Positions 1-9,800 of a stretch of DNA of 64,000 nt are shown here, one piece after another. The number at the start of each line of letters is the position of its first letter. Within the stretch, counting starts at the first letter, position 1. A program made the translations under genes and the position numbers. A model generated the notes under the pieces. It worked only from the letters and a program-made list of their open reading frames with translations, was not told the DNA's origin and made no database searches. Source of the stretch: Candidatus Cloacimonadota bacterium (GTDB taxonomy: Bacteria; Cloacimonadota; Cloacimonadia; Cloacimonadales; WRIO01); assembly GCA_029564175.1 (NCBI GenBank), contig JAKQQL010000440.1:9155-73154 (forward strand), given 5' to 3'.

Positions 1-1
1 T

Positions 2-745
2 AATAAAGGATATTGGAATGGTATTATGCTACCTCCTAATGCACAACAGAGCATGTTATTGTATTTACCATTATGTTATGGAATTGACGGATTATCTACT
101 TTTAGAATGTTATCAAACACAGATTTACAAAAATTAGAATCAAATATAAACACAACCAATGTCCCTGAAAGAATTGATCAAGGCAATTATGACTACAAAA
201 TAGCTCCTATTATTAAAAATTATGGACAGATCAAAACATTATCTCAGTTTTATGTCATAAAAAATGCATTAAATCATGTTAAAAAAATAGGAACACTTTT
301 AAAAAAAACAGACTGGAAATCAGGAGGAACCATACATAAAGATCAAATGCATATTCCAAATATTCAGAGTAGTCCTCTAAAGATCCAAGCAAGTGTTATC
401 GCTGAGTATGATATGATAGAGGTTACTCCAAATTATGTGGGATATGTAGAATATGGTGCTTATCAAAATAGTCAAAATGAAGTATATTTGATGCTAGTGA
501 ATAGAAGAACAAATAAACGAGTAAAAGGAGATGAAGGAAAGGCTGTGACTCAACTCAGTGTAAACTCATGTTTTTCTGAAGCTTCTCCTCAAAGTGTTTT
601 GTTAAAGATTAAAAATATGCCAAAAAACTGGAAGGTTATCAATTGTATCACTAATGAAGCTTTTTCTTACTCAAAAATCAAAGAAGGATTTTTGATTGAG
701 TTAAAAGCTGGTGAAGGTCTTTTAGTTAAAATTGGTAAAAATTAG
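2..745 (+). CDS. Hypothetical protein, 5'-truncated by the window edge
   Basis: The frame is open from base 2 (aat aaa gga tat tgg...) through the ATG at 26 to TAG at 745, so the true start probably lies upstream. No family recognised with confidence. Confidence 0.7.
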   Translation, partial: NKGYWNGIMLPPNAQQSMLLYLPLCYGIDGLSTFRMLSNTDLQKLESNINTTNVPERIDQGNYDYKIAPIIKNYGQIKTLSQFYVIKNALNHVKKIGTLLKKTDWKSGGTIHKDQMHIPNIQSSPLKIQASVIAEYDMIEVTPNYVGYVEYGAYQNSQNEVYLMLVNRRTNKRVKGDEGKAVTQLSVNSCFSEASPQSVLLKIKNMPKNWKVINCITNEAFSYSKIKEGFLIELKAGEGLLVKIGKN

Positions 746-842
746 ATTAAACACATTTCGTTACTTCGAAATCATTTAATGACCCATATTTTTCTTTACA
801 ATTTTGGTAAGAATTGAGATAAAAAATCAAATAGTTTACTAC

Positions 843-3800
843 TTACTTATAGTCAAACAATTTTTTCAATTCATCAACACTCAAATGTCTGAGTAACTGT
901 TCTCCTCCTTCAATCAGGCAATCAAAGAGACTTTTTTTAGTTTGCTGTAAAAGCATGATTTTTTCTTCAACAGTTCCTTTTGTGATTAGTCTGTACACAT
1001 TGACTTTTTGAGTTTGACCTATTCTGTATGCTCTGTCAATAGCCTGATTTTCTAACATAGGATTCCACCATGGATCGACGATGATTACCGTGTCTGCTGA
1101 TGTCAGATTGATGCCATAACCGCCTGTTTTTAAACTGATCAGAAAGGCTCTGACATTAGTATCTGTATTGAAATGATCGATAACCCGTTGTCTGTCTTGA
1201 ACAGATCCATCCAGATATTCGAACGGAATTTTATGCTTTATCAGAATTTCTCTGAGGATCTCCAGCATAGATATATACTGGCTGAAAATAAGGAATTTTT
1301 TGCCATTTTCATAAGTGTCCAGCAGAAGTTCTTCGAGAAGCTCAGCTTTGCCTGAAAGTTCAGGATTCGTCTTTACATTTCTGTCAATCAGATAAGGATG
1401 ATCACAAATTTGTCTCAGACGAGTCAAAGCTGCCAGTAAATGGATATAATTAACTGGTTTTTCATGTGCTTCATCAAATTCTTTTTTTACAGAATTCAAA
1501 ATTTCTAGGTAGTATTTCTCTTGAATTTCAGACATCTGACAGAAGATAGTTTGTTCTTGTTTATCAGGAAGCTCAATTAGCACTTCCTGTTTTTTTCTTC
1601 TCAGAATAAAGGGACTGATATATCTTTGTATGACGTTATTCTCAGGCTTATTGGCTAATTCCAGAGTAAGTTTTTTGAATTTAATAAGAGATGGCAGATA
1701 TCCAGGCATTAAAAAATCAAAGATTGACCATAGTTCAGTAATATTATTTTCAAGAGGTGTACCTGTAAGAGCCAGTTTATGATTTGAATTGAGTTTTTTT
1801 ATTGATTTTGATCTGTGTGTATTAGGGTTTTTGATGTGTTGAGCTTCATCTAAAATAATATAATCAAACTTTAAGGCTTGAAGTTCATTGAGATCATTTT
1901 GGACGATTGCATAAGAACAGAGTACAACTTGAACCATCGCATTGCTGATCAGCGCAGTTCTTTCTTCTTTTGACCCTTCATAGATCAGATAAGATATTTG
2001 AGGAGCAAACTTATCAAACTCATTTGCCCAGTTAAACAATAGTGTTTTCGGACATACAATCAAATATCTCATATGATGAGGATTTGTAGCGATTACAGAG
2101 ATTGCCTGAAGTGTTTTACCAAGTCCCATATCATCCGCTAGAATACCGTTTAATCGGTATTTTTCAAGCATTTTAATCCAGGCAAAACCAGACTTCTGGT
2201 AACTACGCATCACAGCTCTTAAGCCAACATTAATATCAGGGGATTTTTCCATTTTACGATTTAGTAAATTGTCGTACATTGTGTTCAAATATTCATCACC
2301 ATAAATTTGAATGGCTGGGTTGATAGAGCTGAGCTGATAAATCCATGGAAGTTTATACAATGAGGTTTTAAACTTTTTATCGTTATCCTTTTGGCTTTTT
2401 TTTATAAAACCTTCAACTTCTTCAAACACTTCGCGATTATTGATGAAAACTAGTTTGCCATCCTGTGTCTTTAAAAATTTCTCTTCACTTTTGAAATAAT
2501 TTCTTAATTCATCCTGACTGATATTAATTTCATTTGCTTCATAACTTAGCTCATAGCTGAACCAGTCAATGGATTCCCCTGCTGATAATTTAAAGACAGG
2601 TTTTAAGGTGATTCTGTATATAAATTCATTTCTAATTTCTTCTGCAATTTGAATTTCCCAGTTTGTTCTGGAGAATTCAAACAGGCTTTTCTTCAGATGC
2701 TCTATTTCATTCTTACTTTTAAAACAGTACTGTGACTCATTGGTAAATTCTAAATAAGGAATTTTGATGATGTCATGACAGAACTCTCTAATCTCAAATT
2801 CAAGATTAGGGGTAATATAAAACCAAAATTTGTGATGTGCAACTTTATATTCAATCAATTCTGCTTTCAAATTCAAAAGGCTCAGCGGTAACAGGCATGT
2901 CTCTGCATATTTCAAATAAGCTTTCATCAGAATGTTTTTATGCTCTTTTTCAAAAACAAGCAAGATATTGGGGGGATTCTCGTAATAGTCAGGTAAAACA
3001 ATACTTTCTGGTATATCAATTGAGCAGGAAGCCAGATTGAGTTGTCTTTTTAATACTGTAACCAGATATACCAGTTCATGACGTTTGATAAAAAAACTAT
3101 TCTCAAAAAGTTTTTTTACATCAGGTAAATCGAGGGGTAAGTCAAGCGGATAAAGGGTCATCTCTTTCATAATGTAAGAACTATTACCAGGGAAAAAATT
3201 ATTGATTTTATCCGAATCACTGACTTGTAACCGAAAATTGTAAGCATCAATCTCTTCAAGAACCAGATTCAATTTTGTCACTTCATCAGATATTTTTAGT
3301 TTACTTCCGCTTTCATCGCAGACAATTTTGTTTAGAATCGGTTTTAGATACATAATTAGCTTGCTAAAATCTTTTTTATGAACTGAAAAAGTATTGTTTT
3401 TTCTCGAAACAGAGCATTTTACACTAATTAGTTTGTCAATAAAGGTAAGCTCTTCCTGGCTGAAAATAGGATAAACAGTCTCTAAAAATAAACTGTCTTG
3501 TTCTGACATCTCTTCTGGTAAACGGTTATTGAATTTTAAACTGATCATAAAGATATCGGTTTTATCATAATTCTTAAAAATAAATTTGACTTTATCCGCC
3601 ATTGGATCAGTCAATCCGTTGATAATGATTTGGCTGTTTAGTTTAACTTTTTGCCAGTATTCGTTATAGACAGTCAGTTTTGACTGATATGTAACTACCC
3701 ACCTTTTTTCAAGAATCTGAGATGATATACTATGATAGGCAAACTGCAAAATACTCAGATAATGCTTACAAAGGGGTTTGTCGCATTCTGAACATTGATA

Positions 3801-4019
3801 ATTCTCAACTCTGTTCGTTTTCAGACTATATTTTATTTTTAAACGGATTTTTTTATTTTCATCATAAACAGGCTTAATCAAGAATGAAAAAACATAATTT
3901 CCTGACTCATCTATTACGACATCGTAAGAAACTTCTTCATCCCTGTATTTCTCCATTTTATCTTTGAAATACCAGGTATTTGAATGTTCATGATAATCAC
4001 TCCCAAACAGTTTCGCCAT
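843..4019 (-). CDS. SNF2-family (SF2) helicase/ATPase with N-terminal SWIM-like Zn finger
   Basis: CSEC...CKH SWIM-like motif, Walker A ADDMGLGKT, DEAQ box, ALTGTPLEN, C-terminal helicase motifs GINLT and QAIDRAYRIGQ. Confidence 0.93.
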   Translation of the reverse strand: MAKLFGSDYHEHSNTWYFKDKMEKYRDEEVSYDVVIDESGNYVFSFLIKPVYDENKKIRLKIKYSLKTNRVENYQCSECDKPLCKHYLSILQFAYHSISSQILEKRWVVTYQSKLTVYNEYWQKVKLNSQIIINGLTDPMADKVKFIFKNYDKTDIFMISLKFNNRLPEEMSEQDSLFLETVYPIFSQEELTFIDKLISVKCSVSRKNNTFSVHKKDFSKLIMYLKPILNKIVCDESGSKLKISDEVTKLNLVLEEIDAYNFRLQVSDSDKINNFFPGNSSYIMKEMTLYPLDLPLDLPDVKKLFENSFFIKRHELVYLVTVLKRQLNLASCSIDIPESIVLPDYYENPPNILLVFEKEHKNILMKAYLKYAETCLLPLSLLNLKAELIEYKVAHHKFWFYITPNLEFEIREFCHDIIKIPYLEFTNESQYCFKSKNEIEHLKKSLFEFSRTNWEIQIAEEIRNEFIYRITLKPVFKLSAGESIDWFSYELSYEANEINISQDELRNYFKSEEKFLKTQDGKLVFINNREVFEEVEGFIKKSQKDNDKKFKTSLYKLPWIYQLSSINPAIQIYGDEYLNTMYDNLLNRKMEKSPDINVGLRAVMRSYQKSGFAWIKMLEKYRLNGILADDMGLGKTLQAISVIATNPHHMRYLIVCPKTLLFNWANEFDKFAPQISYLIYEGSKEERTALISNAMVQVVLCSYAIVQNDLNELQALKFDYIILDEAQHIKNPNTHRSKSIKKLNSNHKLALTGTPLENNITELWSIFDFLMPGYLPSLIKFKKLTLELANKPENNVIQRYISPFILRRKKQEVLIELPDKQEQTIFCQMSEIQEKYYLEILNSVKKEFDEAHEKPVNYIHLLAALTRLRQICDHPYLIDRNVKTNPELSGKAELLEELLLDTYENGKKFLIFSQYISMLEILREILIKHKIPFEYLDGSVQDRQRVIDHFNTDTNVRAFLISLKTGGYGINLTSADTVIIVDPWWNPMLENQAIDRAYRIGQTQKVNVYRLITKGTVEEKIMLLQQTKKSLFDCLIEGGEQLLRHLSVDELKKLFDYK

Positions 4020-4107
4020 ATTTCCCCCAAAATCTGATCCACCAATATATTAACAGAAGAGCAATTCTTTTACTCTTTTATCAATATACAGACACTTATT
4101 ATTTTTT

Positions 4108-4130
4108 CGCAAGCAGGTAGCTTACGTAAC
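4108..4130 (-). repeat. Degenerate copy of REP-like palindrome family A
   Basis: Reverse complement gttacgtaagctacctgcttgcg matches the copy at 53472 (gtatcgtaagctaccagcttgcg). Confidence 0.55.
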
Positions 4131-4191
4131 AACTTTATTTCTGATAACAGGAGTTTCAGAGAACATTTTCCTTCACTCTTTTAAAAAGTAA

Positions 4192-4218
4192 ATCCCCTCC
4201 CTGGAAAGAGAGGGGGTA
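4192..4218. terminator. Hairpin downstream of the PorV-like gene (possible terminator or CCCCTCC-type palindrome)
   Basis: atcccctccctggaaagagagggggtat forms an imperfect GC-rich stem just 3' of the stop at 4232 on the minus strand. Confidence 0.45.
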
Positions 4219-4231
4219 TTTATTCTGATAT

Positions 4232-5077
4232 TTAGAATTTAAGTGATAAACCAAAATGATGAGTAGGATTTAAAACCGAATGGGTATTGACTGCATAATC
4301 AACTGCAAGTCCTTTGTAAGGTCTGATACCAGCTCCAAAAGAATAAGCAGCTGGATTGTTTCTTACACCGGTTCTGATGAGAAGCATAGGATGAACTTCA
4401 ACTTCAACGCCGGCATGATACTCACTGTCACCATTCCAGGTCTTTTTGATATCAAAGGCAGTTGTAACACCCTGATAAGGGATGTATGCAATGCCTGCAG
4501 CCAGTCTCTGAGGTAATTCGTGTTCGTTTTCATCACCGATTCTTGGATTATTGAAATTTGTTACATTGAATCCTAATTTGGTACGTGTATGTAAGATGGC
4601 AATTGCACCGGCATTAAATCCAACACTTGTCTGACTGCCTAATTCATCAAAGCTGAGATTGTAAATATTCGCTGAGTAACCAAAATAGATTTCTGAATTT
4701 ACATCTTTATTCAAGCAAATAGAATGACCTAAAGCGTAGGTTCTTTCGCTCATCAGATTGACGTCTTCAAATTCTACTGACATATCCTGATAAGCAAAGG
4801 CAAGCGTTCCAAGTTTGTTTGTCGCATAAGTGCCACCAATAGTAGTTAGGCCTGTAAAACTATTTCCGAATAATTGGGTATAAGCACCGCCATACTGGTT
4901 TCCTGCAAGGGAAAGGCCTGCAGGGTTATAGAATATGCCATCATAGGCATCACTGGTAGCTGTGTATGTGCCAGCCATTGCTCTGGCTCTGACAGAAGGT
5001 TCGTAATCATCAAAAATTGCAGATAATGGAAGAACTGCAATCAGACTCAGACAGATTATTAAGCGTATTTTATTCAT
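4232..5077 (-). CDS. PorV/PorP-like outer-membrane beta-barrel protein
   Basis: Signal peptide, SVRARAMAG...GIFYNPAGL motif typical of the PorV/FadL-like clan, alternating beta strands, C-terminal Phe. Confidence 0.72.
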   Translation of the reverse strand: MNKIRLIICLSLIAVLPLSAIFDDYEPSVRARAMAGTYTATSDAYDGIFYNPAGLSLAGNQYGGAYTQLFGNSFTGLTTIGGTYATNKLGTLAFAYQDMSVEFEDVNLMSERTYALGHSICLNKDVNSEIYFGYSANIYNLSFDELGSQTSVGFNAGAIAILHTRTKLGFNVTNFNNPRIGDENEHELPQRLAAGIAYIPYQGVTTAFDIKKTWNGDSEYHAGVEVEVHPMLLIRTGVRNNPAAYSFGAGIRPYKGLAVDYAVNTHSVLNPTHHFGLSLKF

Positions 5078-5087
5078 TGCTTCCTCC

Positions 5088-6704
5088 TTATTTCAATTTC
5101 ATTCCGATGACGATTGGCACCTGATATGTTTTTTTATCTCCGGTTGCTCGTTCGGTTACTTCTAGATGACAAATGTAAAGACCTGGCTCTACATGTTGAT
5201 GATTTTTATCTTTACCATTCCATGTGTAGAAATTTATACCATTAGTATTACCACTAACAGTACTAACAGGTGTTGTAACCAGTTTTCCTTCACCGTTATA
5301 AATCCTGATAATTGCTTTATCATCTGATTGAAAGAAATAACCAATTTCAATCTGATCTCCATTATAGATGTTATATACTTTAGGCGTTACTTTTAAAACA
5401 GCCTTATGTGTGGTTACAGGGAATACATATCGTGCTGGCTGACCATTATCAAAAGAATCGGCTATAGTGGTGAGTAAAGAATCATCTTCAGCCCATATTT
5501 TGATATTTAAAATGGTCCCTGCTTTTTGTCCAGGTACGATCGCTTCGTATATATTTAACGCAACACTGTCCATAACCGCTTCTGTATAATTCTGACTGTA
5601 ATTTGTAGAATAAAGCACTTTTACAGCAATGACTCTGCCATCAGAATCGGCAACATTGGCTTGAACAGTTAAATCTTCTCCGGCATTTGGCTGGTTTAAA
5701 AATCTGATATTGCTGACAACAGGTTTTCTTTTAAGGACAGTAATTCTATGAGTCGGTGAATCTACCTGAATACCATCATTATCCCATGCGCTGATATAGA
5801 TATAATAATCACCTTCTTCATTGGATAAGGTATTGAAGGCAGGCAAAGTAACTGAATAGTCATTACCTGATGTATGGGTCATATTGACTATGCGAGTAAA
5901 ATCAGTTTCAGTATCCATTCTGTAAAAGACTTTTGCACTATCGATAGTGCCATTGTAGTCAATAATTTTAGCAGTAACTATGATTGGTTGATCTATAAAA
6001 GGATTGACAGGGCTATGCTGAATATTATTAACGAGCGGTTCAGTTAGTCTGATGACAAAATCTGACTGATAAGCCGGCAGGACTTGGGCGGCATTACTAT
6101 AAATGCTAACAACTCCATAACCATCAATTGGTATCCCTGCAGTTAAATTTGAGTAGTCAATATTTGTAGATGGCCAGACTCTATAAACAATTGTTTTATT
6201 CGTGTCATCTTCAATTGTAATATTCGCTCCGCCATCAGAAGTAACATAAGGGTTTTCAGTAAGTGAACCAGATAATTTTACATAAGTACCTTCATAGTAC
6301 TGATAGTTTTGAGCTTGTTCGATGGTCAAAGGGATAACAGGTAATGGCAGACCTCGATCGATTTCTTCGATTGAAGTCATATTAGTGATTTCTGTCACTC
6401 CTTGATATTCAGTTACTTTACCTGTAACTTTGAGTTCATAACCTCTAACAATTTTACTGGTATGTTCAGCAGTAATGCTGCCATTGTATAGCATCATTCC
6501 ACGACCTGAACTGTCTTGAATGTAAGCTCTCAGTTGGCTGGCATGAATTGTTCTTGCGCCAATCGTCACGATACCCTGAATAGTAACCGTGCGGTTGTTA
6601 TAATAGGAAATACTATCCTGAATATTTGCAATTGGAGTGATGGTCTGTGCAAATAAGGGTAATAGTAATACCATAATGGCTATTGATAAAATTAGCCTTT
6701 TCAT
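5088..6704 (-). CDS. Secreted protein with OB-fold-like and Ig-like domains and a FlgD/T9SS-type C-terminal domain
   Basis: Signal peptide; N-terminal 'VTIQGIVT...YIQDSSG...VTGKVTEYQGVTEI' OB-fold pattern; C-terminal 'IRIYNGEGKLV...WNGKD...PGLYICHL'. Confidence 0.7.
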   Translation of the reverse strand: MKRLILSIAIMVLLLPLFAQTITPIANIQDSISYYNNRTVTIQGIVTIGARTIHASQLRAYIQDSSGRGMMLYNGSITAEHTSKIVRGYELKVTGKVTEYQGVTEITNMTSIEEIDRGLPLPVIPLTIEQAQNYQYYEGTYVKLSGSLTENPYVTSDGGANITIEDDTNKTIVYRVWPSTNIDYSNLTAGIPIDGYGVVSIYSNAAQVLPAYQSDFVIRLTEPLVNNIQHSPVNPFIDQPIIVTAKIIDYNGTIDSAKVFYRMDTETDFTRIVNMTHTSGNDYSVTLPAFNTLSNEEGDYYIYISAWDNDGIQVDSPTHRITVLKRKPVVSNIRFLNQPNAGEDLTVQANVADSDGRVIAVKVLYSTNYSQNYTEAVMDSVALNIYEAIVPGQKAGTILNIKIWAEDDSLLTTIADSFDNGQPARYVFPVTTHKAVLKVTPKVYNIYNGDQIEIGYFFQSDDKAIIRIYNGEGKLVTTPVSTVSGNTNGINFYTWNGKDKNHQHVEPGLYICHLEVTERATGDKKTYQVPIVIGMKLK

Positions 6705-7195
6705 TTAACCTCCAATGTTTTCTTTTCAAAGAATACATAATATATTAATAAGATTGTGATTGCAATGACAATTGCACTGTCTGCGATATTGAATATTGGC
6801 CAGCGATGCATAATAAAGTCTGGAAAATCAACATCGAGAAAATCTGTTACACTGCCGAGTATGATTCTGTCCAGTAGATTTCCAACAGCTCCCCCAATAA
6901 CCAGTGAATAAGCGAGTAACTCCGTTTTGGAATTACTTTTATTCATGATATACACTAGAAGAATCAGGAAAATAAAGCTTATGCTTATAAAGACGATTCT
7001 GTTAGTTAAAGGACTACCAAAACTTAAACTGAAAGCTGCACCAGTGTTTTGAACATGGGTGAGTCTAAAAAGATTACCAATGACTTCTATTGAGTTATCG
7101 GGCATTTTTATCCTGACCAGCAATTTTGTGATCTGATCGAGAATGATAATAGTCAATGAAATCCAAAGGTATTTAAGCCAGTCGTATAATCTCAT
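6701..7195 (-). CDS. lspA: Lipoprotein signal peptidase II
   Basis: DQITK, NTGAAFS, GAVGNLLDR, VTDFLD and FNIADSAI motifs. Confidence 0.96.
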   Translation of the reverse strand: MRLYDWLKYLWISLTIIILDQITKLLVRIKMPDNSIEVIGNLFRLTHVQNTGAAFSLSFGSPLTNRIVFISISFIFLILLVYIMNKSNSKTELLAYSLVIGGAVGNLLDRIILGSVTDFLDVDFPDFIMHRWPIFNIADSAIVIAITILLIYYVFFEKKTLEVK

Positions 7196-7197
7196 AT

Positions 7198-7590
7198 CTA
7201 TTTTTTTTTCTTCTTTTCTTCTTTTGATTTACAGTCAACACAAAAACGTGCATAAGGAATAATTCTCAAACGTGCTTCCTGAATGTAATCTCCACAGATT
7301 TCACAGATACCGTAAGATCTCTCATAAACGCGTTTGAGTGCTTCATTTATTAATTTTAATTTTTTACTTTCCTGATCAAGGAGGTAAGCCTGTTTTTCCA
7401 ATTCAGAAGTGTCTGTTCCTTGATCTGCCTGATGAAAGGCATAACTTGACAAATCTCCTGCACTGTCTTTAGAACCTTTTTTTTGTAAATCACCCATTTC
7501 GGCAATCAGCTTGAGGGATTCTTCTCTCTCTTTAAGTAAAGCATCTTCGTAAAGTTTTAATTTTTCTTTTGGTAAGCTTTCTGCTGCCAT
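7198..7590 (-). CDS. TraR/DksA C4-type zinc-finger protein (YteA-like HxAD tip)
   Basis: Coiled coil with HQADQGTD, YGICEICG...RLRIIPYARFCVDC. Confidence 0.9.
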   Translation of the reverse strand: MAAESLPKEKLKLYEDALLKEREESLKLIAEMGDLQKKGSKDSAGDLSSYAFHQADQGTDTSELEKQAYLLDQESKKLKLINEALKRVYERSYGICEICGDYIQEARLRIIPYARFCVDCKSKEEKKKKK

Positions 7591-8420
7591 TACTTATTTC
7601 TCCTTTTGTTCAGTTCTTTTATTGTATTTTTTAAAATATTGATAAGGTTATCTGATGCTTTGAGGGCATTTTCCCTGATTTCTTCCTGACTATGTGCTTC
7701 ACTATGGAAAATATTACTCAGATTTGTAACAACAGATATTGCCAGAATCTTCAATCCTGCATGAATGCCAACAATTACTTCTGGTACCGTTGACATTCCA
7801 ACCAGGTCAGCTCCGAGAGAAGCAAAGAGTTTGCATTCCGCTTTTGTTTCCAGAGAAGGACCGCTTACTGCACAATAAACTCCTTCTTGAAGATTGATAT
7901 TGTTTTCAACAGCAAATTTTCGGGTAATTTCCTGAAGTTCATGATGATATGGCTCATGCATACTGGGAAATCTTTCTCCGAAATCTTCCCAGTTTTCTCC
8001 TATCAAAGGATTCGTGCCCATCATGTTGATGTGATCTGAGAGCATAACCAGGCAACCTGGTGTCATTTTGGGGTTGAGACTACCTGCTGCATTGGTGACA
8101 AAGAGATATTCAATTCCAAGCATTTTCATCACACGAACCGGATAAGTGACCTGAATCATACTATATCCTTCATAATAATGAAATCTACCTTGCAACATTA
8201 AAACTGGTACGTCTGAAAGATATCCGGCAATGAGTTTTCCTTGATGAGAAGGAGCAGTTGATCTTACAAAACCAGGAATGTCTTCATAAGGAATTTCAAT
8301 ACTGTTTTCTACTTCAGTAGCGAGTGCATTTAATCCAGTACCCAGAATGATACCAGCAAGGGGAGTAAATGGAATTTTTGATTTGAGAAAATTAATGCTT
8401 TGATCAATGGTTGTCTGCAT
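7590..8420 (-). CDS. punA: Purine-nucleoside phosphorylase (trimeric PNP family)
   Basis: GIILGTGL, QGRFHYYEG, TNAAGSL, GPSLET, VGMSTVPE, SVVTN. Confidence 0.93.
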   Translation of the reverse strand: MQTTIDQSINFLKSKIPFTPLAGIILGTGLNALATEVENSIEIPYEDIPGFVRSTAPSHQGKLIAGYLSDVPVLMLQGRFHYYEGYSMIQVTYPVRVMKMLGIEYLFVTNAAGSLNPKMTPGCLVMLSDHINMMGTNPLIGENWEDFGERFPSMHEPYHHELQEITRKFAVENNINLQEGVYCAVSGPSLETKAECKLFASLGADLVGMSTVPEVIVGIHAGLKILAISVVTNLSNIFHSEAHSQEEIRENALKASDNLINILKNTIKELNKRRNK

Positions 8421-8973
8421 TTATATTCTCCGTTTTAATTGAGCTTGCCTGATTAAATTGTGTATCCATTTCTGATTCTCTTGCACTATTCATTAATGGG
8501 TCCTGTTCAATTCTCTGTATAAAAGTCTTAATTTGAGCATGAGTTTCCATTAAAAACTGTCTTTTGCTTTCTTTCAGATTAACAAAATGATGTTGTAATG
8601 CATTGATGTATTGTTTTGTATCATCAATTGCTTTTTTAGCTGCTAGTTCAGCACTACGGATGATATTTTCTGCTTCTTTATTGGCATTTCTGATGATATC
8701 ATTTTTTGTGTTTTCTGCCTGAATCAGTGTTTTGCTAATTAATTCTTCTTTTTTTTGAAGTTGTTCAAGAACAAGAGCAGATTGAGATCTGTCATCAAAA
8801 ATATTGTTTTTGTATGGATCATTAGAGTCTGATTTTTGTGAGATTAAATCTTCAATCTGGGTTGACAACATTTCCAGATAGTCACGTACCTCATTTTTAT
8901 TAAATCCAAAAAGTGAAGAAGAAAAGTCTTTGTGTCTGATTTCAACCGGTGTTAAATCAAATTTTTCGTTCAT
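8404..8973 (-). CDS. DivIVA domain protein
   Basis: N-terminal LTPVEIRHKDFSSSLFGFNKNEVRDYL followed by a coiled coil. Confidence 0.9.
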   Translation of the reverse strand: MNEKFDLTPVEIRHKDFSSSLFGFNKNEVRDYLEMLSTQIEDLISQKSDSNDPYKNNIFDDRSQSALVLEQLQKKEELISKTLIQAENTKNDIIRNANKEAENIIRSAELAAKKAIDDTKQYINALQHHFVNLKESKRQFLMETHAQIKTFIQRIEQDPLMNSARESEMDTQFNQASSIKTENINADNH

Positions 8974-8997
8974 ATATTCCTCTTTTTAAAAATTATT

Positions 8998-9261
8998 TTA
9001 AAAACCTGCAATAAAAGGTAAAACCATGCCTTTAATGATGTATTCTATAATCAGAATAACGACAATAGGAGATAGATCCATTCCTGCAAAAGCAGGTAAA
9101 ACTCTTCTGAATGGATCCAGTACTGGCTCTGTAATATTGATCAAAGCTCTGTACAGAGGATTGTAAGGATCAGGGGAAAACCATGATATAATTGCTCTTA
9201 TGATTAAGACATAGACATACAAGCTGCACAGCATTGATAATAATCTGACAATAAAAATCAC
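8998..9261 (-). CDS. yggT: YggT family membrane protein
   Basis: ISWFSPDPYNP...TEPVLDPFRR...DLSP; GTG start with AGGAG RBS. Confidence 0.92.
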   Translation of the reverse strand: MIFIVRLLSMLCSLYVYVLIIRAIISWFSPDPYNPLYRALINITEPVLDPFRRVLPAFAGMDLSPIVVILIIEYIIKGMVLPFIAGF

Positions 9262-9751
9262 TATAAACTCCTAGCTTACTATTTATTTTACTATTATGAC
9301 TTACACAATATGACAATTTAGTCATTTTGTATTTAAACAAGATTATGTCAATCATTTTGTTTGTGTATTACTTTCTTCATTGTTTGAATAAGGTATGACT
9401 AATTCTAAGTTGATTTTCAATTATATTTTTATATCTGATTGATACCAATAATATTTTAAATCTATTGTTTGAGGGGTGTTATGAAAGAAAAAATACGATT
9501 TTACTCTATAGATTTTTTTAAAATATTATTTTATCATTTTTTAGCTGGCAGTATATCATTAAATTCTTTGTTTTTACACTTGATGAATCTTTTTAAAAAA
9601 TAGGATCAATATCATATGAAACTCTTATCTGTCCTGTAGAAAACTATTAAAATACTATATTGAAACAATCTGATTACAAGTCCATTTCTCAAATAAATAG
9701 GAGTGTAATACATAAATCTGTTTAATTAAAGATAAAACTTGTTAAATAAAT

Positions 9752-9779
9752 AAAAAAGCCAGTCCAAATGACTGGCTTT
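9752..9779. terminator. Intrinsic terminator after the M28 peptidase gene
   Basis: aaagccagtc-caaat-gactggcttt stem with an A-run on the left (U-tract on the minus strand). Confidence 0.8.
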
Positions 9780-9800
9780 ATAGATAAAGAGGTTTTTTGT

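Noticed and set aside
843..4019. SNF2 helicase as part of an anti-phage defence island
   Set aside because: The SWIM-SNF2 architecture is a common stand-alone type, and no methylase, nuclease or other defence gene is adjacent within the window.
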